From: Auanema rhodensis
Taxonomy: Eukaryota > Animalia > Nematoda
NCBI GenBank assembly: GCA_964057225.1
Contig: OZ059895.1
Span: 3,782,001-3,846,000 of the forward strand
Direction of reading: 5' to 3'
DNA length: 64,000 nt
Shown: positions 61,801-64,000 of the stretch, one piece after another
Numbering within the stretch: position 1 is the stretch's first letter
How the letters are laid out: the number at the start of each line of letters is the position of its first letter
Program-made: the position numbers and the translations under genes
Notes under the pieces: generated by a model
What the model saw: only the letters and a program-made list of their open reading frames with translations
Told to the model about the DNA's origin: nothing
The model's database searches: none

Positions 61801-64000
61801 CCCTTCAAAGCATCAGAACATGTGATCACATTCCAATTTTTTTGTATCGATCTTGTAAAGATAGTAATATATCATATGTTGAACACTATGTTGGAAAGAT
61901 TTTAATTCAGATTTTCTAACTTTTATTCAGTTTGTTTTTTAAACTTTGATTAAGAACTTTGATTTTTGTACACCCATAAATTATACGCAGCACAGGTTAC
62001 CCTTAAATAATGAACTGACCGACTAATCAGACATGGATCTTTCCTAGTTCTGTTGCTTGAATGGATGTTTTCCTACGTAGGCTAGTAAAACATGCCCTTC
62101 AAAGCATCAGAACATGTGATCACATTCCAATTTTTTTGTATCGATCTTGTAAAGATAGTAATATATCATATGTTGAACACTATGTTGGAAAGATTTTAAT
62201 TCAGATTTTTTCATCTTTCACTCAGTTTGTTTTCTAAACTTTGATTAAGAACCTTGTTGTTTGTACACCCATAAATTATACGCAGCACAGGTTACCCTTA
62301 AATAATGAACTGACCGACTAATCAGACATGGATCTTTCCTAGTTCTGTTGCTTGAATGGATGTTTTCCTACGTAGGCTAGTAAAACATGCCCTTCAAAGC
62401 ATCAGAACATGTGATCACATTCCAATTTTTTTGTATCTATCTTGTAAAGATAGTAATATATCATATGTTGAACACTATGTTGGAAAGATTTTAATTCAGA
62501 TTTTCTAACTTTTATTCAGTTTGTTTTTTAAACTTTGATTAAAAACTTTGATTTTTGTACACCCATAAATTATACGCAGCACAGGTTACCCTTAAATAAT
62601 GAACTGACCGACTAATCAGACATGGATCTTTCCTAGTTCTGTTGCTTGAATGGATGTTTTCCAACGTAGGCTAGTAAAACATGCCCTTCAAAGCATCAGA
62701 ACATGTGATCACATTCCAATTTTTTTGTATCTATCTTGTAAAGATAGTAATATATCATATGTTGAACACTATGTTGGAAAGATTTTAATTCAGATTTTCT
62801 AACTTTTATTCAGTTTGTTTTTTAAACTTTGATTAAAAACTTTGATTTTTGTACACCCATAAATTATACGCAGCACAGGTTACCCTTAAATAATGAACTG
62901 ACCGACTAATCAGACATGGATCTTTCCTAGTTCTGTTGCTTGAATGGATGTTTTCCAACGTAGGCTAGTAAAACATGCCCTTCAAAGCATCAGAACATGT
63001 GATCACATTCCAATTTTTTTGTATCTATCTTGTAAAGATAGTAATAAACTTTGATTTTTGTACACCCATAAATTATACGCAGCACAGGTTACCCTTAAAT
63101 AATGAACTGACCGACTAATCAGACATGGATCTTTCCTAGTTCTGTTGCTTAAATGGATGTTTTCCTACGTAGGCTAGTAAAACATGCCCTTCAAAGCATC
63201 AGAACATGTGATCACATTCCAATTTTTTTGTATCTATCTTGTAAAGATAGTAATAAACTTTGATTTTTGTACACCCATAAATTATACGCAGCACAGGTTA
63301 CCCTTAAATAATGAACTGACCGACTAATCAGACATGGATCTTTCCAAGTTCTGTTGCTTGAACGGATGTTTTCCTACGTAGGCTAGTAAAACATGCCCTT
63401 CAAAGCATCAGAACATGTGACCACATTCCAATTTTTTTGTATCTATCTTGTAAAGATAGTAATATATCATATGTTGAACACTATGTTGGAAAGATTTTAA
63501 TTCAGATTTTCTAACTTTTAATCAGTTTGTTTTTTAAATTTTGATTAAGAACTTTGATTTTTGTACACCCATAAATTATACGCAGCACAGGTTACCCTTA
63601 AATAATGAACTGACCGACTAATCAGACATGGATCTTTCCTAGTTCTGTTGCTTGAATGGATGTTTTCCTACGTAGGCTAGTAAAACATGCCCTTCAAAGC
63701 ATCAGAACATGTGATCACATTCCAATTTTTTTGTATCTATCTTGTAAAGATAGTAATAAACTTTGATTTTTGTACACCCATAAATTATACGCAGCACAGG
63801 TTACCCTTAAATAATGAACTGACCGACTAATCAGACATGGATCTTTCCAAGTTCTGTTGCTTGAACGGATGTTTTCCTACGTAGGCTAGTAAAACATGCC
63901 CTTCAAAGCATCAGAACATGTGACCACATTCCAATTTTTTTGTATCTATCTTGTAAAGATAGTAATATATCATATGTTGAACACTATGTCGGAAAGATTT
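46821..64000. repeat. Satellite DNA array, right arm: same family, orientation and register as the left arm; runs off the window end
   Basis: Resumes at AAACTTTGATTAAGAAC exactly where the left arm was interrupted. Contains 294/209/295-bp monomers with more variant positions than the far-left part of the array. Confidence 0.99.

Noticed and set aside
1-64000. CRISPR array or telomeric repeat interpretation
   Set aside because: No unique spacers, no cas genes and no short G-rich telomeric unit.

Overview
Eukaryotic, AT-rich satellite (heterochromatin-like) DNA. About 52.5 kb (1-35341 and 46821-64000) is one head-to-tail tandem array of a 294-bp monomer, a 209-bp deletion form and a rarer 295-bp variant. 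The monomers are organised into local higher-order repeats (797, 1091, 1300, 1595, 1803, 3694 and 4405 bp). The array is interrupted once, by a full-length and very young 11,479-bp Ty3/Gypsy LTR retroelement on the minus strand (35342-46820). It has a 4-bp target-site duplication (AAAC), 335/336-bp LTRs that differ by one 1-bp indel, and a tRNA-Gln primer-binding site. The main discovery is its architecture. An envelope gene with clear herpesvirus gB-like (class III fusogen) motifs sits between gag and pol, apparently as part of a single Gag-signal peptide-Env-TM-PR-RT-RNaseH-IN polyprotein. In this copy the frame is broken by two small frameshifts. Other unusual features are non-canonical CG...CG LTR termini, a ~430-aa furin-site-flanked insert with a mucin-like segment in Env, a PPxY motif in the Env tail, an N/Q-rich nucleocapsid without a zinc knuckle, and an acidic SIM-like integrase tail. 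Each satellite monomer carries a structured module (67-nt hairpin, palindrome, Sm-like site, 3' hairpin). The host is probably an invertebrate, possibly a nematode; this is inference only. No database searches were run, so novelty is unverified.
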